The notes: a model not told the origin generated them from the letters alone. 64,000 nt of DNA from Octopus vulgaris (GCA_951406725.2 OX597833.1:25420001-25484000), one strand, 5' to 3'. Shown: positions 13,642 through 27,368, counted from the first letter of the stretch. A program made the numbers and translations.

Positions 13642-13702
13642 TATACATATACATGTGTGCAAGTGTGCGTGTATGTGCATGTTTGTGCGTGTCTGGCATA
13701 TA

Positions 13703-13785
<83 letters not shown>

Positions 13786-14984
13786 GATTATACATACGAC
13801 ATATACGTTTTATGTTGCTCCTGCAACATAAAACGTATATATAAGACATATAGGTAAGTGGTTGCAAAGCGAACTTGCAAGCGTCACGTGAATGCCGTTT
13901 TTTAGAGGAGGAAGGGTGGTGTTTATTTGTCCTCAGCAGGGCCTTGAACACCGGGAGCAAGAATCTACAACAGACAGAATGCTATTGTAGACACTATCAT
14001 ATTAAGATATCGAGCCTTTAAAAGTGTGGCCTTCGTTAATTGTATCCAAAAGTCCAGTGGTGGTCGGTGGTGTTTAATTGGGTGACGGATCAAGTGTGTT
14101 GTCTGAAGAACATTTATCGTCCAACACTGAGTTACTCTATTTTATTACCCTTTCATCTTCGTAACTATTTAAACGTAGAATAGATTCGACACTCAAATAC
14201 ACGCACACTACACACATACATGTGTATGCACGCACAAACACACAGAAACGCAAAACACATTGATACGCACACTCACATAAAAGAGTAAAACGGAATGGTC
14301 ACGGAAGAAACGACATTGGATCAATGGATAAATGGGTCAGATCAGGATTGTTGCTCTGCCAAACAACAACAACAACAATGCTTACTCATACTTGTTGATG
14401 TTTTTTAGCTCTAGATCAACTCTAATAGGAGACATTCCAGCAGTGACCATCCTGTCATTCCAGACATAGTTTATCCTAACCATATGTCCTTCGTTCTTTT
14501 CATCTTAACATAGCAGTGTGTGATTTGAGAAATATTTGACTGCTATTTCTAGCAAGTTAGGTGACTGCAGTAAGGCTTCTACTTCAGTTCGTAGCTTCAC
14601 TTAGTCTATAAACGTGTTTGTATTAGCAATGTGGCCAATAGGTTAACATCTGTGAGTGAAAGAGTGTCTTAGAGAACAAAAGAATACAGAATTATATAAT
14701 AACTGAAGTAGACAAAAATATAAGAAAGAACTCTACTAATTCTAATACAGTTTATAAAATGAAGTAGTTTTATTGTCCACACGTGTGATTGTGTCACGAA
14801 ATCTGTCCCCCAGTCTAGTACGTGAGTTTGGGGACTAGTTTCATTCAAATGTTTAAATAAATGAAGAAGTATATAAAATAAATAGATAAAATTCTTTTAA
14901 ATGAGAAATTATAATTCACATAACGGAAAAACTACACGTTACAAAAAAAAAGAATTAAAAATTTACGACAAAAATAATAATGGT

Positions 14985-15214
14985 TTAATGGTTTCAAATT
15001 TTGGCACAAAACCTGCAAGTTAGGGGGAGGGGGTAAGTCGATTACATCGACCCCAGTCCTCGACTGGCGCTTATCTTATCGACCGTGAAATAATAAAAGG
15101 TAAAGTCGATGTCGGCGGAATTTAAGATCAGAAAATAAAAAAGGAACGAAATGCTGCTAACCATTTCGCCTACTCATCGCCTTATCAATAATAATAATAA
15201 TAATAATAATAATG

Positions 15215-15252
<38 letters not shown>

Positions 15253-15465
15253 CCTTTCTACTAAAGGCACAAGGCCTGAAATTTTGAGGGAGGAGGCTAG
15301 TCGAATACATCGACTCTAGTGTTCGAGAGGAACATATTTTATCGACCCCGGAAAGATGAAAGATAAAGTTGACCTTAGGGAAATTTGAACTCAGAAAGTA
15401 AGGACAGACGAAATGCCGCTAAGCATTTTTCCCAGCGAGCTAACGTTTTGCCAGCTCTCCACGGT
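14985..15465 (-). mobile_element. Two tandem SINE family B copies separated by (AAT)n
   Basis: Reverse complements of 56020-56250 (gtcgattacatcgaccccagt..aaagtcgac..tttgaactcagaa). Confidence 0.75.
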
Positions 15466-15479
15466 AGTAATAATATAAA

Positions 15480-17260
15480 TAAATAAATAGAATCCCCAAT
15501 AGCGGAGAGGTCCACTTATGGTAATCCGGAGTAAGCTCCACACAAAAATCCCGGATTATTCTGCCATCTCTAAGGCACGGGGAAGTACCCACTTCCAGTT
15601 TCTTTCCTCTTGCTTAAAAAAGCATGTTCAGAGTAGATCCATTCAGTCTCACCGGTCTTGCCACTGAAAAGCTCCTTTTGATAAACACACTAAAAGACTG
15701 CACCTCCTTCTCTACCCTCACTTTCCTGTTCAAATGATATTTGAAGAAATTGATGAGGGCTTGATCAGAAAGGAGTGTGTCTGTCTTCAAACCTTTCAGA
15801 TGGGTCCATCACACAGCCTCTTTTGCCACAGCCACCAGGCAGAGAGAAAGGCCAGGGAAGATGGTGCGTCGATCTTCACTGTACACTCAGCAGACAGCTC
15901 AATTCGTTTTATACGCGACAACAGCTGCACCATACAATCCCATAACTCTCTAATTCATGGACATGAATTATTGCATGCAGGACGGTTTCGTTTCCCTGAA
16001 AGCATCTCCGGCAGGTTTGGCGATTGGCACTTCCATGTCTGAAGAGTTTGTCTCGAACGGGCAATGCCTATCTGCAGCACTACCAAGCTAAAAACTTTTG
16101 GAAATTGTCCATGATCTTCGAAATGAAGGTCTCCTGGAAGTGACTACTCAGACTGTTCTCCTCTATGCCTAGATTCAATCCTGGGCCATCATCATTCGTA
16201 CCCTCAACTATACCCCTATAGAAATATTGGGTTGCTTTCCCGCTAAGGGTTTTAGGCAGCTGGTACAATGCAGTGAGCGCCAGGCAACATTCTAGATGCC
16301 AAACTCCCAACCTTGGCCTACGTTAGACCCATGGCTGCAGCTCTGTCAATGAGATGAATTCCTGAAAGATGTGTCACATGAAAGACGCCACACCAGTTCA
16401 TCCTTATTTTCGCCGTCGTCGTCCACATCATCGTAGTGATTCTTATATTTCTGTAGGCGCGACAACCTCAAAGCGTGGCGTAGTGTCATTAAGGATTGCA
16501 TCCCAAGACCACCACGGTGTGGGTGTTGACAGCAAATGAATTTTCTAACATGCGGAACCAGACCCTTCCATAAGAATCGGAAAAGCAAGAGCTCCAATCT
16601 GCTCAGAGTTTTCTTAGGACAAGGCGCGATTCCTAGGCGGCAGTACACTGCCGAGGCGATATATGCATTCGCTACTTCCATGCGGCCTTTCAGAGGCGGC
16701 TTCCTCGCTGCCGATTTCTGGGTGAGCTTGGCTACTCTAGTTATCACCTCTTACCAGTTCCTATATATCTGGAGATCCAAGCACTTCCGCTGGACACTCC
16801 GTCCAGCGACAGAAATCGCTACTAGTTGACTTGCTTCTCCAAGATCCTAGTTATAGACCTACTGACTTGTCCTGGTTTATGAGTGCTCCCGTGCATCCTT
16901 GATATTCTTTCAGTATAGTGTCGATCGTTTCTATGCCTGAAATTCTCCATCCTTCGCAGCAGGGGTTCTAAAGCTACAATATATAAAAGAAGGGAGAGGA
17001 ACAGTACATTTTACACTCCCTTCACTGAAATCAGCTTCTTGCAGCACTTGATATCATTGTCAGATAGGCGCGGCATACCCTCGAGGTAAGCCTTAAAGCC
17101 CGCTGTGTCAAGAATGCCTCTCCTCGAAAACAGGTCGGCGAAATGCTGTCGAACCACTGCGCTCATCTATTTGGAATAGGAGCGTACAAGGCTACACCTC
17201 CTCCAGGCAGTATTCTATTTCAGCTGGGGAAGGATATAGCAGCTTTCTCTCTCTGCGATT
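15480..17260 (-). mobile_element. Decayed L1/Tx1-clade LINE ORF2 (RT C-terminus to zf-RVT region)
   Basis: ORF 16346..16747: LKGRMEVANAYIAS...FRFLWKG...HPHRGGLGM..L...ALRL, typical of L1/Tx1. CPRC-like motif near 16000. Many stops and frameshifts. Confidence 0.8.
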
Positions 17261-17274
17261 AATGCATTTATAAA

Positions 17275-17910
17275 TTATCGTTCTCTTTTGGGTGGAAAAC
17301 CTTTCCTCATCTGGGAAAGCCATGACACCAGGTTAAATGATATCTTTCTGATATTTTTCAACTGCTTCCGGTTTCCCTTGCAAGGAATGAGTGATCCCAT
17401 GTATTTATTATATTTGTGAAGGAATTTTTTTTCTTTCTGATGTGTATTCTCGTTATTGTCTTCGTAAATAGCATTACTATTCATATTGTTGTAGAAGTCA
17501 GCGCTTTTATTGATGCTGTTGCTGCTGCTGATAGTTATAATATTATCGTTGGTGTTGCTACTGGTTTCGTTACAACTGTTATTATTGTCGATGTTGTTCT
17601 TGCCGATGCCGTTATTGTTGTTGCTGAAGTTGTCACGTCTCATGCTGGTACTAGTGGTCTTGTCTTGGCTGTTGGCGATGTTGTTGATGTTGGTGGTGCT
17701 ATTGTCTGTAGATTCCTTGCAAAAGTCAAAGGGAGTGGCGATCGATACGCTTGGTTGATTACTGTGCATAGGGTCGATTGAATACAAGGAAGTAGATACA
17801 TTTTCTCCTACATCCATTCCTCTATTTAGACAGCTGCTGGCCATGTTGTGAAAAAGGAGAGATTGAAATATATGTCCAAGAAAGTTTTGGGAACGGACTT
17901 TCCAGGTCAT
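17275..17910 (-). other. Asn/Ser/Thr-rich 211-codon ORF directly upstream of the Tx1 remnant (possible ORF1 remnant or host exon)
   Basis: Long ORF, partly low-complexity, co-oriented with the LINE. No recognisable domain. Confidence 0.3.
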
Positions 17911-18153
17911 ACTTAGAAAGGCTTGTTATTAGGCTAGCAGATAGGTTTAGCACAAGTTGCCCATATTTTCAGATCGTTGGCTATTCAGATCACAAATTCG
18001 AAATTGAAATGGAGTGAAAATCTTTCAGAAGATACTTGGATACAACCGCCAAACATTAATTACAATATCAGCGGCCGAAAACGGCAAAAGACAAGCAAAA
18101 TTAGAGAAAACACACCAGCAATGATTCCAGCGTGGTATCCAGGTGTGAAACCA

Positions 18154-18205
<52 letters not shown>

Positions 18206-18221
18206 GCTACTACTGCTGCTG

Positions 18222-18306
<85 letters not shown>

Positions 18307-18318
18307 TAATAATATTAA

Positions 18319-18368
<50 letters not shown>

Positions 18369-18389
18369 ATAATAATAATAATAATATTG

Positions 18390-18843
18390 GGCTGCAGTGA
18401 ATATTCTGCTCAATACCAAAGATTTGCTTGTCAGTTGTTTGACCTCAACTAGTTGAGCATGTCCCTTAGTGGCTGACGATACGTACATCACTGGTCACGA
18501 GCAGAAATAGAAGGGGATCATCATTATCATGTATTGAGAGGAATTCTTTGGGGTTTGAATAATACAACTCTGGAAACAGGTGTTTCGTTCAACATCCTTA
18601 AACAACTCTTATTCAGGGACCTTTTGAGCGGGATGGGCTACTCGACCTCAAGGAAATTCAAATTGGGCTCCACCTGCAAGATCATGCACTGTTTATCTTT
18701 ATAAGATCACCATGTCGCGCACATATGGTAGGGATGCATGTGCCTGGTGTACTCTTATCAGACGGGTAGTCCTGATGGGTATACTGGGCTTCGTATATTT
18801 TACCCCAGTGTCACTTTGATGGCATGCACTGCTCTCTCACTCA
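18390..18843 (+). mobile_element. Truncated copy of the (TAA)n-associated retroposon
   Basis: Colinear with 6645-7108. Flanked by (TAC/TAA)n and (AAC/AAT)n. Confidence 0.78.
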
Positions 18844-18959
18844 ACAACAACAACAACAATAACAACAACAACAACAACAACAGCACCAACAACAACAGCA
18901 ACAACAACAACAACAACAACAATAATAATAATAACAACAACAACAACATCAACGACATC

Positions 18960-19054
<95 letters not shown>

Positions 19055-19055
<1 letters not shown>

Positions 19056-19270
19056 CCTTTCTATTATAGGCGCAAGGCCTGAAAATTTGGGTGTGGGGTT
19101 AAGTCGATTACATCGACCCCAGTACCCAACTGGTAATTATTTTATCGATCGAAAGCATGAAGGGAAAAGTCGGCTTCGGTGGAATTTTGAACTCAGAACG
19201 TAATGACGGACGAAATGCCGAAAAGCATTTTACTCAGCGTGCTAATGATCCTGCCAGGTCGCCTCCTTAA
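19055..19270 (-). mobile_element. SINE family B
   Basis: Reverse-complement similarity to 56020-56250. Confidence 0.75.
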
Positions 19271-19748
19271 TAATAATAATGATAATAATTACATGGCTGA
19301 CATTAAATGAACGTTTGTGTCGTGGATATGCCCAACAGTTTAGCAGGATTGGAGACGAAATTGATGGCTAAACCTGCTTAAATTGCAAATTTCAGCCAAA
19401 TCTCATCTAAATAATGAAGTAATGATATTATCTTTTCTGAAATAAAAGTGGATGAATAAGAATGAAATATCATTAGTCAAATACAAGTCTGCTCTGTGAG
19501 ACATGGTCTATCTCTTAACTTACTATAGAATGGCATCATGTTTGTGATCACTTGACTAGCTAGAAATAGCAACCAAATCACTTTAAATCTTCACTTACTA
19601 CTCTGTGAATAATTAAAAGAACATTAAAGAAAGATGAAACGTTACACGCTGAAGAGTTTTGGGTCATAGGTATGTTAAATTAAGTTGAAATAGGATTAAA
19701 CAACAACTATACTATATAAATTGTAATGAGAATATGAAGTATTTAAAC

Positions 19749-20144
19749 TGCATACATCGATTTCAGTGATGCGCATCAATTGTGGACTGTACAGGTTGAG
19801 ATTTGACCCCATCATTTGTGACCTTTTTGATAATTGTACATCCCATGATATAGCCTCCTTCCATTGTGGACACTGTGATGTCTGTATCGCCCCCTTCACC
19901 TTTAATTACAATTGTGACCCCGTCTGTTGACAGTAGGGCCCACTCCAATATCCTTCAATCACATAAACTTGGTTTAATCTGCATCTCATTCCATATGATA
20001 ATTTAACTGTGGCCTCTGTGATGTCAGTACATTCCATTGCATCTCTTCTTTCAGAAGAAGAATCTCTGATGACTTGAACCGCGGGATTGTTGAGGTTTAT
20101 GGACATAGCCAGTGTACTCTTAAGTAGCGAAGTTAAGATTTGTC
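19749..20144 (-). pseudogene. Candidate phase 1-1 exon (132 codons) with one in-frame TAA
   Basis: ORFs 19906..20106 and 19696..19899 share one frame. AG precedes 20144 and GT follows 19749. Length is 396 nt and the peptide is complex, with Cys and Trp. Confidence 0.35.
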
Positions 20145-21649
20145 CTATTTACAGAAATTCCATACTGCTCGCTCACTCATTATTGTAATACCCATGACGA
20201 ATATATTATGAACTCATTTAACAATGTATTTGGCATACTATCTTAAGTATGTTAGCCAACACGTAGCGACATGTTTCGGTATTTTTTTTTTTTATTCAGA
20301 AGGCAGTGATGGGAATTTTTTCTCTCTCAGGTGAAAGTGCCTAATCAGTGTAACTCATACTGACGTAAAAAACTAAACAATATCTAAATATTAGTATCAA
20401 TATATATACTTCACTGAAAAGAAATACCAAAACCAAACCAGGTCTCGAGTTTTCACTCAATCATTAGCGCATATATTCATAACATTTACAATCAACGCAA
20501 AGGATTTTGTTCATATGACGGGTTCACTTAACTTAGATTACTTTTGGCTCACTAAATTATGTCAAGCGGCATGGAAATACATATAACTAAGGTATATACT
20601 GACAAATTCATAATTTATGCTAATTTTCTGTTTACATCTCGTTATTTTGTTCGCGTCTTTCGACTCCTATATCTACTTGCACCAGTTGTATACTTGAAGC
20701 GTCTTTCATTATAGTTTACTTTTTATCAATGTTTGAAATATAGTCATGCTGTAGCACTGACGCCTAGGATTTTAAACGAACACAGCGACATCATTACCTT
20801 TTTCAGGCTGCAATACACTCTCTTTACTCTTTTACTTGTTGCGTCTCGCTGAATCCTACTTCATTCCTGGTGAAAGTGACCCTGTGTTTGGATTGTCAGA
20901 GCATTGCTTACGACACAACTTAGCTTTTCAGAGAGGGACAACACCACTGAGAAGAATCCAGTACTTGACCGGTACTTAATCTTTTGTCTCGGTAGATCAA
21001 AGTGTACAGCTAATCTTTGTGGGATTTGAACTCCGTGTGCATGGAGTTAATTGCTTGACGATATTGTATTCGATGCTCTAACGACACTTTAAGTAGCTAG
21101 TTACAGATTGTATATCACGTTATATCTTGTGTTATGCATAGGTACATAAATTAAAGCTTGCATACGTACTTGCATACACACATATATACATTCATATATA
21201 CATCATACATACAAACATATGCTTATATACAAATATGTCTGTCTGTCTATCAGCATGTATGTATACATGTATGTAGACGATTATGACCATCACTGGCAAT
21301 GTGTGCAAAGGTTTAGGGTCAATAAGACTTGTACAACCTCTCGCAGGCACCCTCCACAGTATTGATGTGATCGAGAGACAAACCAAGCCAAGATATCTCG
21401 TCAGAGATTCAGGAAATTGGAATCACAATCAAAGATTCCCGGAATGCCCAGTGCAATCCCCCTCGTATACGGTAAGGAAGGATGCTAGGAACCCAACAGG
21501 ACTAAAAACAAGACCTATCAAGAGGATGAAAAAACTTGTGCAGGATTAACGATAATTTAGCAGTAGAACGGACGCCAATAAATTCCGGATTCTTGTCTGG
21601 CGTGCTGGAAGACCAGCGGGAGTTATACATACATACATACATACATTGT

Positions 21650-21725
21650 TGTCTGAGAATCGAAACCGCGATCCTTCGACCTTCGACCACGAGTCCGCTG
21701 CCCTAACCACTGGGCCATTGCGCCT
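21650..21725 (-). mobile_element. tRNA-derived SINE head (third family) inside (CATA)n
   Basis: GGCGCAA-TGGCCCAGTGG-TTAGGGCAGCGGACTC...GGTTTCGATTC: Pol III A and B boxes, no complete cloverleaf. Confidence 0.65.
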
Positions 21726-22282
21726 CTACACATACATGCATACATACATTCGTACATACATACAAACAAACATACATATGTACGTACAACATACATACAT
21801 ACATACGTACGTACGTACGTACAACATACATGCATACACACATATATGCATACGTGCGAACGTACGTAAGCTCGTACGCACATGGACTATAAAAATCTGA
21901 AAGATCTTAAGATTTAAAGGATTATAGTTAAACGAAGACACTTTCTTTCAAAACCTTGCTACCAAGTAGGTACCTCGTTTATCAAGGTTTACTCTCTATT
22001 AAAAAGAGAAGGGGAACATACAAATACACTCATACATATACCATATATACACACAATCTTGCGCTCCTCTAATTTTATCAACGTTCTTTAATTCAGTTAT
22101 GAAATTTTATAACTCATTATTTTACTTGTTTCTATGTCAATCCGGATCTAGTTAACCTTTCCGATAAAATTCTTCAGCCGTAACCTCTCGTTTTAATCTA
22201 TTTATGAGAGTACTATAAAAAGGATGATAATATAAATTTGATATAAATATCGATCCAGTTCGGAACCTTTGATAAAATCGTA

Positions 22283-22448
22283 GGCGAAGACGCGGCTGTT
22301 TGGTAAGAAGCTTGCTTCTCAACCACATGGTTTTGGGCCCAATTCCCTTGCGTGGCACCTTGAGGGAGTGTCAAAGCATTATGAGGGGATCTGTTGGATG
22401 AAAACTGGGAAAGTCCGTCGTGTATATATATATGTGTATGTATGTATG

Positions 22449-22481
<33 letters not shown>

Positions 22482-22690
22482 TTGTGTGAGTGTGTCTGTG
22501 TCTGTGTCTGTTTTCGTCCCTCACCAGCACTTAACAACTGCTGTTGGGGTGTTTACGTCCCCGTATCTTAGTGGTGTCGCAAAAGAGACCGATAGGATAA
22601 TTACCAGGCTTTAAAAAATAAGTACTGGTGTCGATTCATTCAACTAAAAATTCTTCATGGCGCTGCCCCAGCATGGCCATAGTCTAACGA
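22283..22690 (+). mobile_element. SINE family A
   Basis: Colinear with 27206-27607. Confidence 0.8.
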
Positions 22691-22696
22691 ATATAC

Positions 22697-23056
22697 GCTT
22701 TTACTCTTTTACTCTTTTACTTGTTTCAGTCATTTGACTGTGGCCATACTGGAGCACCGCCTTTAGTCTCTTTTGCCGAACCGCTAAGTTACAGGGACGT
22801 GAACACACCAGCATCGGTTGTCAAGCAATGTTGGGGGGGGGGGGCAAACACAGACACATACACACACACACATATATATATATATACATATATACGACGG
22901 GCTCCTTTGAGTTTCCGTCTACCAAATCCACTCACAAGGCTTTGGTCGGCCCGAGGCTATAGTAGAAGACACTTGCCCAAGGTACCATGCAGTGGGACTG
23001 AACCCGAAACCATGTGGTTCGTAAGCAAGCTACTTACCACACAGCTACTCCTATGC
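22697..23056 (-). mobile_element. SINE family A, tail-to-tail with the preceding copy
   Basis: Reverse complement of the family consensus, with a ttttactc tail. Confidence 0.85.
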
Positions 23057-23675
23057 TCACATTTTCACCATCTCATCCATGTACTTGACGCATATTATAC
23101 CAAGGACAACATTATCTACTCTCTCCTAGCATTTTTGTTTCTAAGACAGTAAATTGTGATATGTCTGCTATTTCTGGCGGATTAATTGACCTCGTAGATG
23201 TTTTGTTCACAGTAGATTATATCTTGTTACCGCAAGCTAATATCTACAATCTAGTTATAGTTTACTTATTACATTTTGACAAAATCTGAAATCTAGTTAT
23301 ATATTGCTTTAATTAGTGTATATTTCATTATATATCGCAATTCCGATATCTAATTATGTATTTTATTACGGTTTTCAATTCTTATTTCGAGTAATATAAC
23401 GTTTTATCTCTCCTATATTAAACACTGTATTTGCATCATTTCCGTTATACACGCTGCTATACCCGATCACATCGCTTCTTGTATTCTCTCCTTTCGCAGT
23501 TCATTTTAACTTTATTTTTGTCTCCAGTTTCACTCTTTGTTTTCCATTTTCCATTACTTATGAAAAGATTTCTTCTTCTTCTTCTTCTTCTTCTTCTTCT
23601 TCTTCTTCTTCTTCTTCTTCTTCTTCTTCTTCTTCTTCTTCTTCTTCTTCTTCTTCTTCTTCTTCTTCTTCTTCA

Positions 23676-23749
<74 letters not shown>

Positions 23750-24282
23750 TTACTACTACTAGCGTCTTTTCATCTTGTTCTTTTCTTCCCAAGGTGTATG
23801 ACTGTATGTGTGTCTGTAGTAAATAGCAAGCATTTCTCTGTACAAGATAAGTGCATACGCATTTACCTGATGCCTCAATATCTTACCCGACACTGAGTTG
23901 CTGTAATCATTTGCTAAAACCATAGGCACGGCGTATCTTTGTATTTCCATGTCAGACTGGAATCTGTCACGCTAATACTACTGATATGTCTGAAAGAGGA
24001 ATGAGACAGTTTAAATTTAGCGAAAGCTACGCACCTTTGCGATAGCTCTTTATTCATTATTTATTACTCGCTAAATTTCTTCAGACAGAGACATATACGC
24101 GCACAAATGCGGGGGCATGCACACATACTCTCATATATAAATATATATATATATATATATTTATTTTATAGAAGGAGCTTCTACAGGACTAGAACTGTTT
24201 CATATATATATATATACTATATATATACTAGAACTGTTTCATATATATATATATGTATGTGTTGTGTAAATGTAAAAAAATA

Positions 24283-24470
24283 TAAACTGGGACAAGAACG
24301 TGAAACATTTAGAAGACGATGCAAAAAACACGGACGGGACATTCGAAGCCGTCAATCTTCAGTCAAGAACCGGATCATCTTCGCAATTTCGGCTGATTAA
24401 TCTTGATGATTGCTCCGATCTGGCCAGCCCCAAAGGAAAATCTAAGCCAAGACACGACAGAAGAAAGTGG
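24283..24470. repeat. (TA)n-adjacent interspersed repeat; second copy at 29260-29700
   Basis: gggacaagaacg...gcaatttcggctg...gattgctcc.atctggccagccc.aaaggaaaa is shared by both loci. Confidence 0.7.
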
Positions 24471-24479
24471 ATACCCTTA

Positions 24480-25240
24480 TAACCGTTCAAATTTATTTAA
24501 ATCTGAAATTATACATTCAAATCTTTTATACTAATTGTTAAAATGTGAATATTCAATTTTTAGTAGACATGCCCTTTGCATTTTTCAATGCAAGGACCCT
24601 ATTGGGCATTGTTAATGGTCAGATGACATATATTCTCTTGGGGAATTTCTTACCAAGTTTCATGCAGTAATCTAAAAAGATCTGGCTCCAAAGATATTTT
24701 CTTGTTCTTTTTATGAAGTGTCCTATCCATTACGTCCCAGAGGTGTTTAATAGGGTTTATATCTGGTGACTGGCTTGTCCATGGAAACTTTACTTTTTAA
24801 TGCCTTTCTCATCCAAAAAGCTTTCGGTCATTTTAGCCGTGTGACAAGGAGGTCCATCTTCCATAAATAAAGAGTCTTCAATAATCATTTCATCATTGGA
24901 GAAGATTGAAAGGAGTCCTTTCTGCAATATGGACATATAGTTTCTGAGTTTATGTTTTCCTCACACTCCATCAGCTCTGATCAACCATTGCTCCAAATTG
25001 CAGCTCAGATCATCACACAATAGCTGCCATTTTTTCATTGTTGACTGCAATCTTTTCACCTCAAAATCTTGATCACCTGGGCGAGGTGATGTGGACTTCT
25101 TCCCTCTCTGAATTGTACAATCACTGTATTAACTGTTGCAGAAAGCTGGATCCCTGAGTTTTCTGTGATTTTACACTGTGTCTACCTTCAGACTGACCCA
25201 CAATATGGCCTCTTTGAAATTCAGATTCGAGGTTTCTTTT
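24480..25240 (-). mobile_element. Decayed Tc1-like transposase
   Basis: The reverse strand gives PWTSQSPDINPIKHLWDVMDR, matching the Tc1 WPxQSPDLNPIEHLW motif. Confidence 0.7.
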
Positions 25241-25270
25241 GTACATCGTATGATAAAGCAGTCACAGATA

Positions 25271-25638
25271 CAGGGTGATTCAAAAGTCTCCATAGAAAGG
25301 AAAAAAAAAATTGTTAGAAGCTGTTTATAAAATACTTTAGATCCTCTGATCTGACCCCTCTTGATTTCTATCTTTGGAGGCATTTGAAAGGCATGGTGTA
25401 TCGCGGAAAGATAAAATACATAAATCATTTGAAGGAACGCATCACCAACTCATTTGCACACGTATCACCAGATATGCTATTACGAGTTCACAATGAGTGG
25501 GGTAAATTTATTGCAATGTGTATTCAAAACAATGGTAACCATATAGAGCCCGTTAAATAAAAAAAAAACTGGTCTTATAAACTTGTTCTTATAAAAAGAT
25601 GAATTGTTCCTATGTATGGCAACTTTTGAATCACCCCA
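25271..25638 (+). mobile_element. Internally deleted Tc1/mariner element
   Basis: TIRs cagggtgattcaaaagt / acttttgaatcacccc, preceded by TA. Internal SSDLTPLDFYLWRHLKGMVY. Confidence 0.75.
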
Positions 25639-25758
25639 TAAAACCTGAAACATAAAAATGTCAATTGATAAAAAATATAAACTTCTACAAGTTAGGATAA
25701 ACCGAAAACTATGTTTTATGGGTTGTCTATTGACTTCTGTCATATCTGTATATATGTA

Positions 25759-25811
<53 letters not shown>

Positions 25812-25889
25812 ATATGTATATGTACATATATATATGGATGTATATATGCATATATATTAGAAGGTTTGGAGGTGATGTACAGATATATA

Positions 25890-26225
25890 TTAGAAGAAAA
25901 AATAAGATATTCAGAGATCTGGATGGTTGTGCATATACAAATAATTTATTATCATGTCATGTTTTTACAAATCACATATTTTCATCTACTCTAATAGATT
26001 CTTCAGATTTAAATTGTGTGAAGGGATTTGTCTCTTTTTATAGTATTAGTGAACGGGTTGTGTGGAGAAAGAAGATTCAAGATCTTTCCCTTCTATAAAT
26101 GCCCAAGGAATTACACCTTCAGAAAAATACGGAGCAAAAACTTCATAGCAAAATTCTCCCCCAAACTGAATGGATGAAAATATGAACATCACATCAATTT
26201 CCTTATAAACACTTTTGGAACACTA
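25890..26225. mobile_element. Inverted PLE 3'-end remnant: GIY-YIG C-terminus on +, decayed hammerhead on -
   Basis: 26061-26172 + reads CGERRFKIFPFYKC..FIAKFSPKLN (frameshifted; compare FLIFPFYQC..FIEKYKPRLN). 25969-26010 - reads AAAT-CTGAAGA-ATCTA ttagag TAGAT-GAAA-ATATGTG-ATTT. The tail recurs on + at ~26925-26955 and ~27113-27178. Confidence 0.68.
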
Positions 26226-26713
26226 AGATATATGCATATCTGTGTGTATGTTTGTATGTATATACATAAATAGAGACATTCTTACATCTGATTTTCCAAC
26301 CCATATCGGCATGTGAGTCAAACATTGAACAATGATGATGAGGATAATGAGTCCAGACAATTTTTTTGAAAAATAATTTTCATTATTCCTCATCAAAACA
26401 AACCCCCGCTCAGAGTAACCACCTGGTCTTGCTATTTTCACAGACCAGGCATCAAATTGCCATCTTCTTTTGAAAGAACTGACCAACTGTATAGATATAA
26501 ACAGATTTTTCTTCCTTGTTTCTCCCTTCCTTTCTTTCCTTCTACTTACCATTGAAAAAACACATTTTTTCTCTTTGAAAACATTTTTCTTTCAGACCCC
26601 CTAGTGAGCTGGCTGAACCAAAGTAAGCATCTGTCCCAGACACCTACTAAAAAATATTCTTTTTCTTTATCTCTTGTTCAAAACACTTCCTTTCAGATAC
26701 ATAGGCACACACA

Positions 26714-26750
<37 letters not shown>

Positions 26751-26863
26751 GCACACACACACAAACTCTCTCACTTTCTCCCTCTACTATCTCTCCATTC
26801 CTCTCCCTCTTTTCCTACCCTTTACACTCCACATTTTTCCTTTCAGATACATAGGCACACACA

Positions 26864-26901
<38 letters not shown>

Positions 26902-26950
26902 AGCACACACACACAAACTCTCTGTGCATATTCACAACCATCCAGATCTC

Positions 26951-27115
<165 letters not shown>

Positions 27116-27174
27116 ACATGTTAATAAATGTTTGTATATTCACAACCATCCAGATCTCTGAATACCGTAATTTT

Positions 27175-27205
<31 letters not shown>

Positions 27206-27368
27206 GGCGCAGGAGTGGATGTGTGGTAAGTAGCTTGCTAACCAACCACATGGTTGCGGGTTCAGTCCCACTGCGTGGCATCTTGGGCAAGTGTCTTCTG
27301 CTATAGCCCCGGGCCGACCAATGCCTTGTGAGTGGATTTGGTAGACGGAAACTGAAAGAAGCCTGTCG

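Noticed and set aside
21650-21725. tRNA gene
   Set aside because: A and B boxes are present, but there is no acceptor stem and there is an internal 7-nt duplication. It is a SINE head.
26687-26925. ~150 bp-spaced direct repeat containing (CA)n
   Set aside because: A simple local duplication with no element hallmarks.
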